64,000 nt of DNA from Curvularia clavata. Lineage: Eukaryota. The stretch's first letter is position 1; each line of letters starts with the position of its first letter. The position numbers and the translations under genes are program-made. Below, piece after piece: positions 49,596 to 63,558 of this stretch. Below the pieces are notes generated by a model. The model ran no database searches, was not told the DNA's origin, and worked only from the letters and a program-made list of their open reading frames with translations. The stretch covers positions 4,774,001 through 4,838,000 of the forward strand of contig CP089274.1 of assembly GCA_023920165.1 (NCBI GenBank), in the 5' to 3' direction.

Positions 49596-50201
49596 ACGGA
49601 CGTCGTTTTCCATACAGGGCTTTGCGACAGACGCGACTTTTCCTCTGTCATTCGATTCTCTTCTTCTTTTATCACTTCTTCTTTTTTTTCATGATTGTCA
49701 TTGATACCAGATGCAAGCGAAGGATTTATTGTCATGGCTGCTCCTGGCCGCGATGAAAAGGGCAGGGTATAATGTTTTGGTGATTTTGTGGCTTGACATG
49801 TGTACATGGCCACGAACTTTTTTCTCTTTTTTTCTATTTCTTCTCTCTCAATAATGTAGTTTTTTATATGTAGAGTAGTGATCAGAATGCGGAAAGACAT
49901 GTTTTTTCTCTTCAACTCCCTCATTGATCAGAATGAAGATAAAAATATTTTACCAAGTTGTTTGATTGCGTCATGCGACTCACATGTTTAATTAAGGGTA
50001 TCAGCGCCATTGACTAAGCCTCGTACGGTGTGGCCTCTAAGTATGACCATGTATCAAGGCCCAACGTAGTCCAGGAAAAGCCTAAATTAGGTAAGGTGAA
50101 ACAAGAAAGAAAAAAACAAAAGAAAAAAGGGACTGAGATGGTATGACATGAAACGACGTTTACCCGTCCAAAAAAAGGAACACCCGCTTTTGCGCCTCAT
50201 C

Positions 50202-51215
50202 CTAACGGTCACTGTCATCCCCACTCTCATGCCCATAGCCATGCTCATACTCATGCTCTTCACCCTTTGCAGACTTCTTAAACCTGGGCTTGTCTTCCGC
50301 AAGCTCCAGTTTCAACTTTCTCCCCGAATACCCCCTGCCCTGGTAAGCATTCATAAAGTTCTCGGCGGATTCAAACTCCTTGAACCGGACCGTGACGACG
50401 CCTTCTGCCTCCTTATCATACAGCGTGCAATTGGTAACAGTGCCGTACTCCTCGGCAGCCTCGCGCATCTCCTCTTTGATTTCGAGATAGGCTTCTGGTT
50501 CCTCGTCGAGCTCAGCGGGGGTGAAGGCATGCCTAATGATGACGACCTTGGCCCATTTGTTTTTCTTGGGAGCAAAGGCTTCGGCGACTTCGGATTCGTT
50601 GTCGGACCACTCATTGAGTTTGCTGGGCACATTATTAGTATCAGTACCTAGTACAAAAGGTTTTTTGTTCTTTAACTGATGGTGAACTCACCGGTTCAAC
50701 TCGGCTCGATTCCGCTCAGAGGCCTTGCGGTCCTTGCGTGTCATCTTGGCCGCGATTTTGTCCCCGTCGCGCTCCTTCTTGTGCTCGATGCTGGCCTCCT
50801 CGACGCGAATGGTGCCGTTGGAGTAGTCGCCTGGCCGCAGCACATAGTCGTCCATCATGTTGATAGCATTGGTAATTGCTTCTTTGCGGAAATACACAAC
50901 CATGGCGTTGCCTGTGAACTTGCCCGTTGCCTCGTCCATGTACATTTTGATGCGTGGCTGGCCATCTGCGCCCTTGTCGATGATGCCGAAGCGCGAGAAC
51001 TCATCTTCGATTTCGCGAGACGTCGTGTCCGGGGGTAGGTTGGAGATCCAAATGGCTTTGTTTTCGAGCACCTTGGGCTTCTTGTTCGTCTCGGGCTCGT
51101 GGGCATTCTTGCGCTTCTTGCCGGCTGCCGCGTCGGCGGGGGCTGCTTCGACGGGCGGTGCGCCCGAGTCTGCACTTTCGGCGACTATTGCGGAAATGTC
51201 GCCGTGTGCGCTCAT
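50202..51215 (-). CDS. U2 snRNP-associated RRM/UHM protein (Uap2/Cus2/Tat-SF1 family); intron 50623-50691
   Basis: NKAIWISNLPPD, FSRFGII, RIKMYMD..GKFTGNA, IRVEEA, KLNEWSD, KVVIIRHAF, YGTVTNCTLYD. Confidence 0.88.
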
Positions 51216-51995
51216 GGTCGCTGCGGGGGTAGAGGTGTGAACAGGTGCTTGGCTGGAGGCGCGAATCGCTACCTGGGATGCAATCGATGATGTTGCCCAA
51301 GGCCCAAGACGTGAGCTTGAGGTTCACGACGTTGAGGGCGGCAGAAAAGTCGGGCGGTGAGGTGTGGGGCCGCCGAGGTAGAGGCGTGGGCGCGATCGCA
51401 AGCGTGGGATGGGATGGGCCGCGCCTCGTTGCGTCGTCGTTGTCGTAGCTGTCACAGAGGCCATGCCTGGTCAGTCTTCCCGAAGAGCCCGCTATGTGCT
51501 GTCGCCATGCTGCTTCAGAGGAGGAGGCAGGTTGGACCTACACAAGGCTGGGGCCGGGGCTGGGGCTGGGGGAGCAGGTGTCGTTATTGTACAACTGCAG
51601 AATGACGCTGATTACGGGCGTAACAACGAACAAGTCGCCGAAAGAGCCAGCCAGATGCTGCAGCCAACAGCCAACAGCCGAGGCCAGGCGCGCCTTTAGC
51701 GCGCAGCTCAAGCTTTCACATTATGCTTCGATCCCAAGCCCCGCATGTGACACCACGCGGATCATGGGCCTGCTCGTCTGCGGGTAAAACCGACTGCCGA
51801 CCAGTCTGGTGAGTGGGCTTTCGACACACGACACTCGAGACGCATCAGGAAGAAACTCATCGCGATCGCTAAGCCCCACCGTACATTCTCGTATATAGAC
51901 GGAACATGTAGCCCTGCCCATCTGGTAAAAAACCCCTCTTCTCTCTCTCCCCTCTCCGTCTGTTGTTTCTGCACAACAGCCAAACTAATACCACC

Positions 51996-53035
51996 ATGTC
52001 GCTAGTCGATTCCTTACTCAGACCCAACATGCGGGATCCTCTCCCACCCCCCGCTCTACTCGTCCAAGCAAGCAAGCCCTGGGCCGAAAAACTCAGCCTG
52101 ACAACGCTGCCCTACCACGTCCACGAGATCCTGCTTGGTTTCCTCGGATATCACTTCATCCTCTATGCCCTTTCGCCGGCCGTCTCGCGCCTCGTCTGCC
52201 CAAAGACGTACCATGGCTTCAACAGGCGCACGCGACTCAACTGGGACATCCACTGGGTCTCCATGATTCAGTCTCTCTTCATCTGCGCTGCTGCGCTGTG
52301 GGTCATTTTCAAGGACGAGCAACGACATGCCATGGACTGGAGGGGTAGACTCTGGGGATACACCCCCGCCAGCGGCATGGTTCAGGGCTTCGCGGCCGGC
52401 TACTTCCTCTGGGACCTCCAAATATCAACACAGTACATTCATATCGCCGGCCCCAGCGCGTTGATTCACGCCATCGGCGCGCTGGCCGTAACCTGCATCG
52501 GTTTCGTAAGTAAACTACGTTCTCCGCCAGTGTCACATGTGTAAACTGACTCGCGCACCAGAAACCCTTTGGAAACTACTACGGTCTCTCCTTTGTCCTG
52601 TACGAGCTCTCGACCCCATTCCTCAACATCCACTGGTTCTGCGACAAGCTCGGTATGACGGGCTCCAAGCTCCAGCTCTACAACGGCATCGCTCTTCTTG
52701 TTACCTTTTTCGCTTGTCGCATCGTCTGGGGAACCTACCAGTCGGTCATGATTTACTCGGATATCTACAAGGCGCTGACCACCTCCCGGCCGGACATGAT
52801 GGGCTCCACTATGCTCGAATCGCAGAAATGCGAGGCGGGAACAAATAGTAGCACCAGCTTTGACGGTCCGGGAAATTGCTTTGGTGACCTGCCCATGTGG
52901 TTGGTGGGAGTATACCTAGTCGGTAACACGGCGCTGAGTATGCTGAATTTCTTCTGGTTCAGCCAGATGATCAAGGCCGTCAGGAAGAGGTTTGTGCCTG
53001 CGGATGAAAAAGCCCAGGCCAAGAAGAGTCAGTAA
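51996..53035 (+). CDS. TLC-domain ER membrane protein (TMEM56-like); intron 52506-52561
   Basis: NWDIHWVSMIQS, RLWGY, AAGYFLWDL, YELSTPFLNIHWF.DK, TFFACRIVWG, LNFFWF..MI; C-terminal KKSQ dilysine motif. Confidence 0.88.
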
Positions 53036-53378
53036 TTTTGGGGATTGGGAGGGAACGCTGCATAGGTGGGGGTTTTGCATGTTTGTTTACGAGCGTTGCT
53101 TTAGAACTGTTTAGGGTTCTTGGGCCATTCAGGAACGATGATACCCTGTTCTCTTTGTAATGAGGAGAATGTGACTAACGCTGGATTCTTACGTGTTTTT
53201 TTTTTTCACGAGAGAAACATCAATACCAGATTGAACATAAAAATTAATGACATACTACAGTTACATCTCGACTATATCCATTCACCTCTTTCGTCTGGAG
53301 CCCAATTTACATCTATTTGTCCTTCTTTGCACTTGACCAATTATTCAATGTCTTAACAATATGACGTCCACCCGACAC

Positions 53379-54396
53379 CTATAACTTCGCCCTCCCATCC
53401 ACTTCATCCACCATCTTCTCCAGCTCACCTCTCAGCACCTTGCGCATCTCCCCCGCTATCCTAGCCCCATCTTCATCATCTAACTCGTCTCGCTGGCCCC
53501 TGCCAAACATAGTCCAGCTCTTGTTCTTGATCTCAGGCATGGTTTCTGGTCGTGGGATGATGTGGAAGTGCACGTGGGGTACTACTTGTGCTGCTCGCGC
53601 GCCTGAGAGTGGTAATTGGTGTGAGGAATGGAGGTACAGAGAGAGCGAGGAGGGGAAAGAAGAGTGCTTACCGTTATTCTGTACAATGTTGTAGTCGGTG
53701 ACACCGGTGACCTTTGCTACTGTCCGTGCTAGGATAGGAAGCCAGAAGCCTGTAGATGTTGTGTTGGTTTTTTTGACCTTGATATATCGTTCGTCCAGTC
53801 GGACTTGTGTGTCATGTGGTGAGCAGAAAGGAGAAAGGAGACTTACCCATTTCTCTACTCTCAACCGCACCCATATCAGCGACCTTGACTTTGTGCTGGC
53901 GAGTGGTGACGAGTAAATGACCTATAATGCCGGCGTGTTAGCCCATCTCTGTTCCATCTGGTCTGTCCATCCTCGTGTCCACTCTATATCTCCAAGCCCA
54001 TTTCCCCTACTCTTGCTCCTCCTCGTCTACATCCAGACCCACCACCCCCCTACAAATTCCACCAACCCAAACACAAAACCAACAAAAAGAAAAACGAGAA
54101 GACTCACCCCACGTCATTGGCAAAATGTCCAAGAAAGCCACAACATCGCTACTCCTCAGCACTACAAAACTACTCGGACTCGTCTTCTCAGGGTCGCTCT
54201 CCTCATCGCTCGGTACACACGCTCTCAGCGCCTGGCGCTGTTGCTCACTAGCACTGCGCCATAGCGATGGAGGAGCTGTCGTTGCTGTAGGTACTGAAGC
54301 ACCAGTCTCGTGGCCTATCCCAGGGCAAGGATGCGCGGCTGCGATGGTGCAAAAGGGACAGGTTTCCGGTGGGTAATGGAGGTCTGTTTCTTGCAT
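53379..54396 (-). CDS. HIT (histidine triad) family nucleotide hydrolase; exons 54396-54108, 53921-53847, 53749-53672, 53602-53379
   Basis: CPFCTI, AFLDILPMTWGHLLV, YNIVQNNGARAAQVVPHVHFHIIPR; ends RAKL*. Confidence 0.9.
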
Positions 54397-55961
54397 GTTT
54401 TGGTCTGTGTCTCCGCGCTCGCGCGTGTCTGTGGGTGTATGTTCGTGTGTGTTGGCCTCTGGTTCTTGCAGCTATAGCTTCTCCAAAAAACCACAAAGCC
54501 CTCGTATGTAATGTCTGTAGTTGCCCGAGTATGTATACCCAACGTTGTCGCCGACTTATCTCGTCGTATACTTTCCGTCTCTTGCCAATCACCAACCAGA
54601 CATCCGAAGAGCTACCCAGTAAGGATAGGCCAAAAAAAAAACGAAACGCAAGATCTCAGTCGGTAGCAAGATTGAGCTTTGCGATTCAATCAAAAGCAAA
54701 AAGGCAATAAAAAAGCTGCGATCGCTCAGCAGTCCCAAAGGCCCAAAGCTGGGGGTTAGGTTATGTACAGAAAAGGGTATAGCGTCGATTGCCTTGGACC
54801 GAGGTGCAACCAGACAAGATCGCGGATAAACGCCAATCTGGGGAACGGAACAGCAGATGGACAAGCCACCGGGTTGGAAAACAATAATCGCGACTTAGAC
54901 ACGCCTTGCACTTTACATCAGTAACACCGCCTTTACCTTACTCCGTACTTACTCTTTAGAAAGAAAAATGTTCAAGAGATGGCGAAGGGATTGCTCACTC
55001 TTTTACCAAAATTTATGACTTTGTTGTGGATTCCTAGGCCCTGCAAAGTAAGCAAGTCTGGAGTACTTTGGTAACTTTGCTGAGGCTTTCGGCCCGTGCT
55101 GAGTCGCGATTAACGCATTTCTTTCAACATGGCAGGGTGACAGCCAACGGCATGGGAGAGAATGGCGCGACTAATCACAGAATCCGGGGGTTGGAGGGCC
55201 CAGACCAGCAGCCCTTGTCATGCTTGTATTGTGTACCAGACGTGATACTAACGTGGCGTGTTCGCGCGCTCAAAGCCATCATGACACGCATGACGTACCG
55301 TGTCGCTTTCGAGCCTTGTACGCGGGGTCGCGCAACCAACGCGAATTGTGGGCCCCATGGCGTTTTGCACAAAACAACAACATGGCTGGGGCTGCTGAAC
55401 CCAAAGATAACAATTCACACATGCGTCATTAACCATTCTGCTCCATACACGTGTAACAGTGCGCATTCCCACTACTCATACATGCTAAGAGTGACGTCCA
55501 TATCTGCAATGCCAAATGACCTTGTTTCCACTACCACCATACACACAAGTTACTCCTTACAGGTCCAACAAGGAATAACCTCAACCACCCTCCCCTTCCC
55601 TTCCCGGCCCGTTCATCGCCTACACCATGAGCGAGTATCCAGAGCCGCTATATGAAATCAAGTTTAGAGTGATGTAAAAAGGCAAACACCCCTCGTTACG
55701 CCTCCCTTGACAGGAGATAAACGCCGACAACTCCATCCCAATAAACCAATAATGAGGAAAAAGAAGAACAAAAGAAGTGAACAACCAACTTGCATCCCAT
55801 GTATTAAACGCCGACCGGAAGATGGTATTAGCCAAGGTGCAAACATGAAGAGGCTGGCTTGGATGCAATCGTAAATTTTGGCTCCCGGTCGGGACCCGAA
55901 CTTCGTAATCACTACTCGTTTCCAACCCGGCGGTAATGAATAGCGTTGCGAGCAAGCATGC

Positions 55962-57693
55962 TTAGCGCAGGCTCTTGGCCTTGGAGGCGGTAGACTCTTC
56001 TTGGAGGGCGTTGCCGTAAGCGGCAACGTATTCCTTAGCCCACTTGCGAAGGACAATGGATGCTATGTCATGTTAGCGGTGACGCGTCGAGTGCGGATTG
56101 TGACTCTTACCCTTGAGGAACTTTTTGCTGGCATACTTCTTGAAGAAGGCCTCGTGGACAACTGGGCCGGAGAGGTAGTCGATCATCAGCTCCAGGACAG
56201 GCTGGATCTCCTGCTCGGTGTAGCCGGCGTAGTGTGTAAGGGTAGCATCCTGATCAAGTTAGTATTAAACAAAACAATATGGAACACGACTGTGACATAC
56301 CCAAGGGCCACGCTCGAGGACGAGACGGGCGAGGTACATGGCGGCGGCGGCAACCTGGCTAGGGGGGTGCGCAAGGAAGCGATGGTCCAGGCAGCCAATC
56401 TCCAGAAGATACTTGCCAAGCGTGCGGGTTTGGATGTCGTAGTTGTCGGCCTTTGATATCCGGCGAAGGAAGTTCATAGGGTTAGGATAGCTTAGGTCGT
56501 AGTTCAAAGCAGCGAGAACGAAGCGCTCAGCGCTCAAAATCTCCTCCTCAGTGAAGCCATCATCGGCAACGTGGCGGAAGTTCTGTACATGAGGCGAGAG
56601 GACCTCCTCGTACTTGGAGGCGATGAACATGGCAGTGACACCAACCAACTGGAGGCGGTCTAGCTGAACAATCTTGGTGGAGAGGAAGCGGTCGATAATG
56701 TTGACAGCAAGGAAAAGAGTCTCTGGGAGGAGGCGGAAGCGAGTGTGAACTTCGAGTAACCAGTCGACGAGAATACCGCGCATCTTCCACTCGAGTTCTG
56801 TCTGGCTCTCCATGTAGTCGGGGTTGGCCATGGTGGCAATCTCCAGCTCCTTGAGGTATTCGAAGATTTCAACAACATACTCCGAGACCATGAGTGGGTC
56901 GTCAACGTCCTCCTTGTCTAGATCTGGGCCGTCGTAGAAGACCTCGGTGATGGGTGCCTCAACCTCTTTCTTTGTGCCCTTGGACTGCTTGACGTTGTCC
57001 TCCTCGACCTTCTTTTCCTGCGGCTCGACATTCTCCTCTTCCTCGGTCTCCTGTGGCTGCTCCTTCTCTTCTTCAGGCTCCTCGTCCTTCTCCTCCTTCA
57101 ACTCCTCCTTGACCTCTTCCTTGAGCGGCTTAGCAGCGGCGGTTGGGTTGCGCTTCTTGGCTGGCTGGCCGGCGATACCATTGCCACTAGCTGGGCGCTT
57201 CTTCAGATCGGCTGCGGTGTTCTTGTCCTTTTGCTGCAGAATGGAGCGTGTCGAGTTGGCTCGGGACGACTTCTCGACCTTGGTAGGCTGTGCGGCTTTT
57301 GAGAGCTGGCCCTTGGTAGCCAGTTGCTTCTTTCCGTCCTTGGCAGCGCCGAGGCCGTCCTGCTTGGTGACATTGCTGACGTCACCGAGAGCTGCACGCT
57401 TTCGCGTCGCAGCACCATTTGCACCGAGAGTAGTGGTTGACTTCTTCGTCTGAAGAGCCTTCTTGGGGACATCAGCTGCCGACTCGTTCGCGCCCAGGTT
57501 GGCGGCCTTTGCACGCGTCAAGCGTGTCGTAGTGGCATTCTCGTCGTTCTCGTTTGTGACGGCGCGTTGCCGGGTAGATCGAACCTGTTCAGACGTGTTA
57601 GCAAGCTGCGTTTGGAGCTACCCATGCTGACACAGGGCATTGGATGCGTGTGACGAGCAGGATGGAAAGGCGACGACGTACTGCTGGAGGCAT
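55962..57693 (-). CDS. nimE: G2/M B-type cyclin; exons 57693-57682, 57584-56301, 56249-56111, 56062-55962
   Basis: Destruction box RAALGDVSN; cyclin box MRGILVDWL.EVH..FRLLPETLFLAVNIIDRFLS, IASKYEE, PNPMNFLRRISKAD. Confidence 0.95.
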
Positions 57694-58636
57694 TGCAAGC
57701 AATAGTATGTATGCTTAGTCAAGGCTAGAGAGGTATCCAGGTGCTCGGGTATATGTGTTGTGTGTAAGGTCGGATGCTTGGTTTTGTTGTGATATCACTG
57801 TTTGGGGTGGGTCAGCAGAGTTCGACGGAGCTTGCAGCACAGCGCGTCTGGAGAAATGCAAGCCGACAGCACCGGAGAATCGACAGGCGTGCAACGCATG
57901 CACGAAGCTGGGCGAGCGAGCCACGGTCGAAGCTCGCGAGAGCTGGCGGACTTGACACGCTCGACAGACGATGGGTGCAGCGACGGCGACGTGACGGGCG
58001 AGCGGGAGAGACGAACCCTTGGAACGCGACTGCGAGGGAATTGAGTGGACGGGGTAGAGGTCCAGCTACTGCGTGCACAAGAAGGAAAGTGGAGAGAGGG
58101 CGAGGGGAGGTGCACCAAGCTGTGTTGTGTAGGAATGAGAGGGTATGTTGTGTGTTTTGAGCGAGGGCCGGCTAGCTTGGCTTTGCACGTCCAACGCGCC
58201 AAAATGGCCGTCGAGGCTGGCAGAGGCAACAGTGCGCGCCCCACAGGCGCGTGTGTAAACTTACGCTGAGCAGGTCCCGTGACGCAACGCGTGTCACTGG
58301 CGGTGACGGCAAACGGAGCGGATGGCGAGAATTGGCGGCGCGCAGTGTCGAGCAGAAGGAGCAGCGCAGTGAGGATGAATGGACAGAGGGGCGGCGGCGT
58401 GTTGTGATGGGTGAGAGAGAGCAGACGCTGGTTGTTGCTGGGCCATCGCGCCGTGCAGGCAAGCGGCACACGCAAAGCAAGGCCCATGGCCCCCACCCTG
58501 GACCGCGCTAGGCCGTTTGCGGCCACCTGGAGAATTATTCGTCCCAGAGCAGCGCCGGCCGCACGCCATTGCCCATTGCCAGCCATTGTACCGCCGCGAC
58601 ACATCAATCAATCGCCCCCGGGCACCCCAGGACAAG

Positions 58637-59817
58637 ATGCTGCAGCCCCGGATATGTAGCCGTCTCCAGTTTGCCCAGCTGGGTGCGGCCCTGCGCCCTG
58701 CCCGCACCTACGCACAGGTCCACGCCGTCGACATCAAGCCGCCGCCATCCATACAGCCCACCGTGGCCGCCGACGGCGCCCTGCTCAAGCAGGAAGGCTC
58801 GCGGAGGGAGAAGTTTATCCCTTTGAGGACGTACAAGCCTCGCACCCCCGGTCTGAGGCACCTGAAGCGCCCCGTCAACGACCATCTGTGGAAGGGCCGC
58901 CCGTACCTAAAGCTCACCATTGCCCGCAAAGGACAGCACCTGGGAGGGAGGAACAACACTGGACGGGTCACAGTGAGGCACCGCGGTGGCGGCCACAAGA
59001 GGCGGATTCGCATTGTTGACTACAAGCGCTACCTGCCGGGCAAGCATATTGTCGAGAGGATAGAATATGACCCCAACCGAAGCGCACATCTGGCCCTCCT
59101 CACACGCCTGGCAACGGGAGAGAAATCCTACATCATTGCTGCAGACGGCATGCGCGCTGGAGACGAGGTCGAGAGCTACCGGAGCGGTATCCCCCAGGAG
59201 TTGATTGCCAGCATGGGCGGTGGTATCGATCCTGGTATGCTGGCGGCAAAAACCGCTGCCCGTGGAAATTGCCTTCCCATCCACATGGTGCCCCTCGGTT
59301 CCCAAGTGTACAACGTCGGTTCCAAGTCACAAGGTGGGGGAGTCTTTTGTCGAAGTGCAGGCACATATGCCATCATCGTGAACAAGGAGGAGGTGGAAAA
59401 GGGCAGCCGCACAGAAATCAAGCATGTCATCATCCGGTTACAGAGCGGTGAAATCCGCAAAGTCAGCGCCGACGCGTGCTGTACCATTGGCGTTGCCAGC
59501 AACCCACAGTCACACTTTAAATCCCTTGGAAAGGCTGGACGTTCACGGTGGCTAGGAAAGCGACCTGAGGTCCGTGGTGTCGCTATGAACGCAGGTCAGT
59601 ATCGATGCCTGTCGAGATACGAGTCGCGATATGCTAACATGTCACAGCCGACCATCCCCACGGTGGTGGTCGTGGTAAATCAAAGGGTAACGTGCACCCC
59701 GTCAGTCCATGGGGAACTCCCGCAAAGGGAGGCTACAAGACGAGACACAAGAGGAACAAGCACACTTTCCTTGTACAAGACCGACCGCGCAACCAGGGCA
59801 AGCGCAGGTCGAAGTAG
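58637..59817 (+). CDS. RML2: Mitochondrial ribosomal protein uL2m; intron 59595-59647
   Basis: Presequence-like N-terminus; [66 protein letters not shown]. Confidence 0.95.
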
Positions 59818-60783
59818 ACGGACGGCTGTATCCATATGCTCGAACTCACATTGTACTATATTGCCTCCGTACCACCAACATGAATGCATCTTGATGAACC
59901 AAACGTCGTAGATTTAGAAAACTCTTCTCTATCGTGCACCGCCAAGTTATAGCTGAAGTAGCTGCTGAAGCTGTATTCGTAATTTAGGGCATCATGGCCA
60001 TGCCTGGTAGATTGCCAAGCTTTCGCCATGATTCAACAGCACTTCCATGCATATTTACTGTGTACTGTCTTGTCAGCCTCAAAGTACCATGATCTCAGCC
60101 CATGCAGATTACATCAGACATTTTGCATGACACAAGATGCGACGCGGAGATCGGTCGCAAATTCAACCATCTTCGGCCTAACCGACATCCCCACTCGACG
60201 GCATCTAGCGCACCTACGTACATACCACAGTCATCTACGTACCGTACATGGACTTGGCTTACTAATGTCATTCGCCAAACGGGGTGGGCAGTGCAAAGCT
60301 AGTCCTGTAATACGGCGCTGGGCTTGTCGGGGGGGCTGAGAGACCGCCAACGGGATTCCTGTTCAAAGGCTAGACGGGCGGGAGATCCGCCATTATTAGT
60401 CCACATGCTCAACGTACCCACTACATACTCCAGGCAGCACGCCTAACGGACAGATAGAGTCCATGCGACGAAGCCCTTCTTAGCCATAGAATAATCGTCG
60501 TCTACTGGTCAACACCCCTCCATCTTTGTCATACTCATTCACATGGCAGCTTTGCGACCCTCGGCCTGAACAGTTGATGCCTATTTGCCAATGTTCCTTT
60601 CTCTTAGGTCGATAACGCGTATCGGATCCACTGCTGTATCAGCCATTTGATCCTCAGCCAAGGCTCGAGCAGTTGAACACGAACTCGGAGACTTGTTCAA
60701 GTCGAGGCCCACCGACTGCCTTGAATTGTGCCTAAGTGCGAGTGCGATTTCGCCGGCCTAGCGCGCATCCCACGTCCACCAGC

Positions 60784-63558
60784 ATGCCTTCCAACGAGTC
60801 GGAATCGCCAGACGAAAGCTTCTTCAACGACCTGTCGCAGCAACCGCAGGAGCCAAACACTACCAACGATCAGGAACAGACACAAGCTAGCGCAAGCAAA
60901 GCAAAGAGGATCGCATGTGTTTTGTGTAGAAAGAGAAAGTTGCGATGCGACGGAGCGCGACCAGCATGCTCAACTTGCGAACGACTGTCCCACGATTGCA
61001 CCTACGACCAAGCCAGGAAGAAAAGCGGGCCAAAGCGTGGCTACGTAAAGCTGCTTGAACAACGGCTCCGTGAGTAGGCGCATACCGTCTACTACTATCT
61101 GTGCTGACCAAACCATCTCTAGAACAGGTTGAGACGCTACTCAAGACCCAGGATACTACCGATACGAGCGAAGATGCCACACGCCGGGATTCCACGTCCG
61201 AATACATCGCCCAAACCAGCAATATATCGCTACCCAACACTAATAATGCTCCGTTCGTTGGAGTTGGGGCAGAGCAACGGGTGTCGCAGGAAATGATAGG
61301 TCTTGGACTAGAGGAGCCTTTGCCGCCCCAGGAAGTCATGGACGATTTGTACGAACATGCAATGGCTTGTCATATCGGGGTATTGCTAACATGTAGCAGA
61401 TACCAAATCTACTTTTCCAAAATACATCTCTCTATACCCATCATACACAGACCACGATTTCTTGCAGCGTTGAACCTTGCCCCTAATATGCGACCGCCAG
61501 TATCCCTGCGATACATCATGTGGACCATGGCAGCATCTGTCAGCGACAAGTATGAGTCGCTTCAGGATCATCTCTATCAACGCGCTCGGAAATACGCACA
61601 AACAGACGAGATGAAAGGACACGGAGAATCCACAATTACGCTTGCACATTGTCAAGCATGGATTCTGATATGCACGTACGAATTCAAGTCCATGTACTTT
61701 CCAAGAGCATGGATGTCTGCTGGCAGGGCGGTTCGACTTGCGCAAATGATGCAACTCCATCGGATGGATGGGCTTGGTCTGGATGTGAAACAGTGTCTGT
61801 CTCCACCGAAAGACTGGACAGAGCGAGAGGAGCGGAGGAGAACATTCTGGCTGGCTTTCTGTGTCGATCGATATGCCAGTATTGGTACCGGCTGGCCCAT
61901 GACTATTGATGAACGAGACGTAAGCGGAAAAAACTGATCCGGCACATCTTGATGGAGCTGACTTTATCCCAGATTATGACAAACTTACCATCGAGCGAGG
62001 AAGCGTTCGAGAAAAGCAAATCAATGACCACAGGGTCACTGGAGCAAGCTCTGCAACCCAACGGCGCAGTAAATCTTCAACCACTTGGTGGAATCGTCTT
62101 GACGGCAGCGATGTTCGGCCGGAACCTACTCCATCTCCACCGGCCTGGTCCCGATGATAGAGACGACGATATCAATGGCGGGTACTGGAGCCGACATCGC
62201 GAAATTGAGAAAGTTTTGCTCCAGACATCTTTGGGCCTACCCGATCATATGCGGCTGCCGGCAGGTGTCGCAGATCCCAATGTCGTGTTCACAAACATGT
62301 GCATCCATACCTCGTCAATATGTCTCCACCAAGCAGCAATCTTCAAAGTGGACAAGCACCGATTGCCAGCGTACATCAGCAATGAGAGCAAGATCAGATG
62401 TGTGACAGCAGCAGCAGAAATTGCCAGCCTCATGCGGATGATTAGTCACATGGATCTTTCTGCAGTAAGCCCTGGCTTTATAAGAACAGCAATCGAACCA
62501 AGCTGACTTTGACCAGATGAACCCATTCATATCCTTTTGTGTCTACGTGGCGGCAAGAGTGTTTGTCCAGTACCTCAAGACCCGACCAACTGATCAGCAG
62601 ATGACCGCTTCACTGGAGTTTCTCCTGCAAGCCATGCAGGCCATTCGTCGGAAGAATCGACTCACAGAGTCCTTCTTGGTCCAAATAGACCTTGATCTGC
62701 AAGGTGCTGGCCTTGAGGGTATCCAACAGAGGGCGTATGCACGATATACTAGTAAAGTAAGTCTCAGCATATAACTACCAGTGACTGGAGAGGGCTGACA
62801 GTTCTTGCTTGTAGCCTACCGACACTCCCGAAACTCCTGACAGCTGGAGATGTGCTCCCATAGTGAATATTAGCGAACAGCAAAACCAAGCCGAACCTAG
62901 TGATGCAATTAGAAACGGCAACCAGATGGCTGAATCTTCGACACACAACACACAGTATGCAATCAAGGGACCAGGTCCACCATTTCATATGAGCGATATC
63001 AACAGCCTCGACCTGCACATACAGGCTACAAGTTACATGGCGTCTCAGGTGCCACCGCAAGGAAGCCAGCCAACTATAGGACCTCGTGACTTGATGCCCG
63101 GTGGAGTTTCAGTCCAAGACGGGAATGAAATGGACCTCTCTGGGGGCGAGAGAAGCGTTGATTACGGCAGTCCTGCAACCATAAGCTCACAATCACGCGG
63201 TGGGTCAACATCGCAATCTTCATACTCGCCTGGCCGACGAAATGAGATCCACATTCCGTATCGAGCATCGCCTAAAACACCATTTGCTACCTTGTCGTCT
63301 GGCGGAGCCACTGTCTTGCCAAAATCGGTGTCCTTTGACGCCATCAACTTTGATAGTACAAGCAGTATGGGGAATGCCGGTTTTAACGAGAATCTAGTCA
63401 TGAGCAACGAGTGGGACTACGCAGCGCTCAACACCGAGACAGGTTTGCCGGCGATGACTGACGCTTCCTGGGACGCCATGCTAGAAAGTGTAACAATGGG
63501 ATGGGACTCGGGCAACCAGATGCAAGGCGGCCAAGCAGATATGTTTGGTGCAGGATGA
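60784..63558 (+). CDS. Zn(II)2Cys6 transcription factor with fungal TF middle homology domain; exons 60784-61069, 61123-61348, 61400-61919, 61973-62464, 62517-62756, 62815-63558
   Basis: IACVLCRKRKLRCDGARPACSTCERLSHDCTY; AWMSAGRAVRLAQMMQLH..D; EREERRRTFWLAF..DR; canonical introns. Confidence 0.93.

Noticed and set aside
57795..58607. 270-aa minus ORF between cyclin B and RML2
   Set aside because: GC-rich divergent promoter; no protein-like features.
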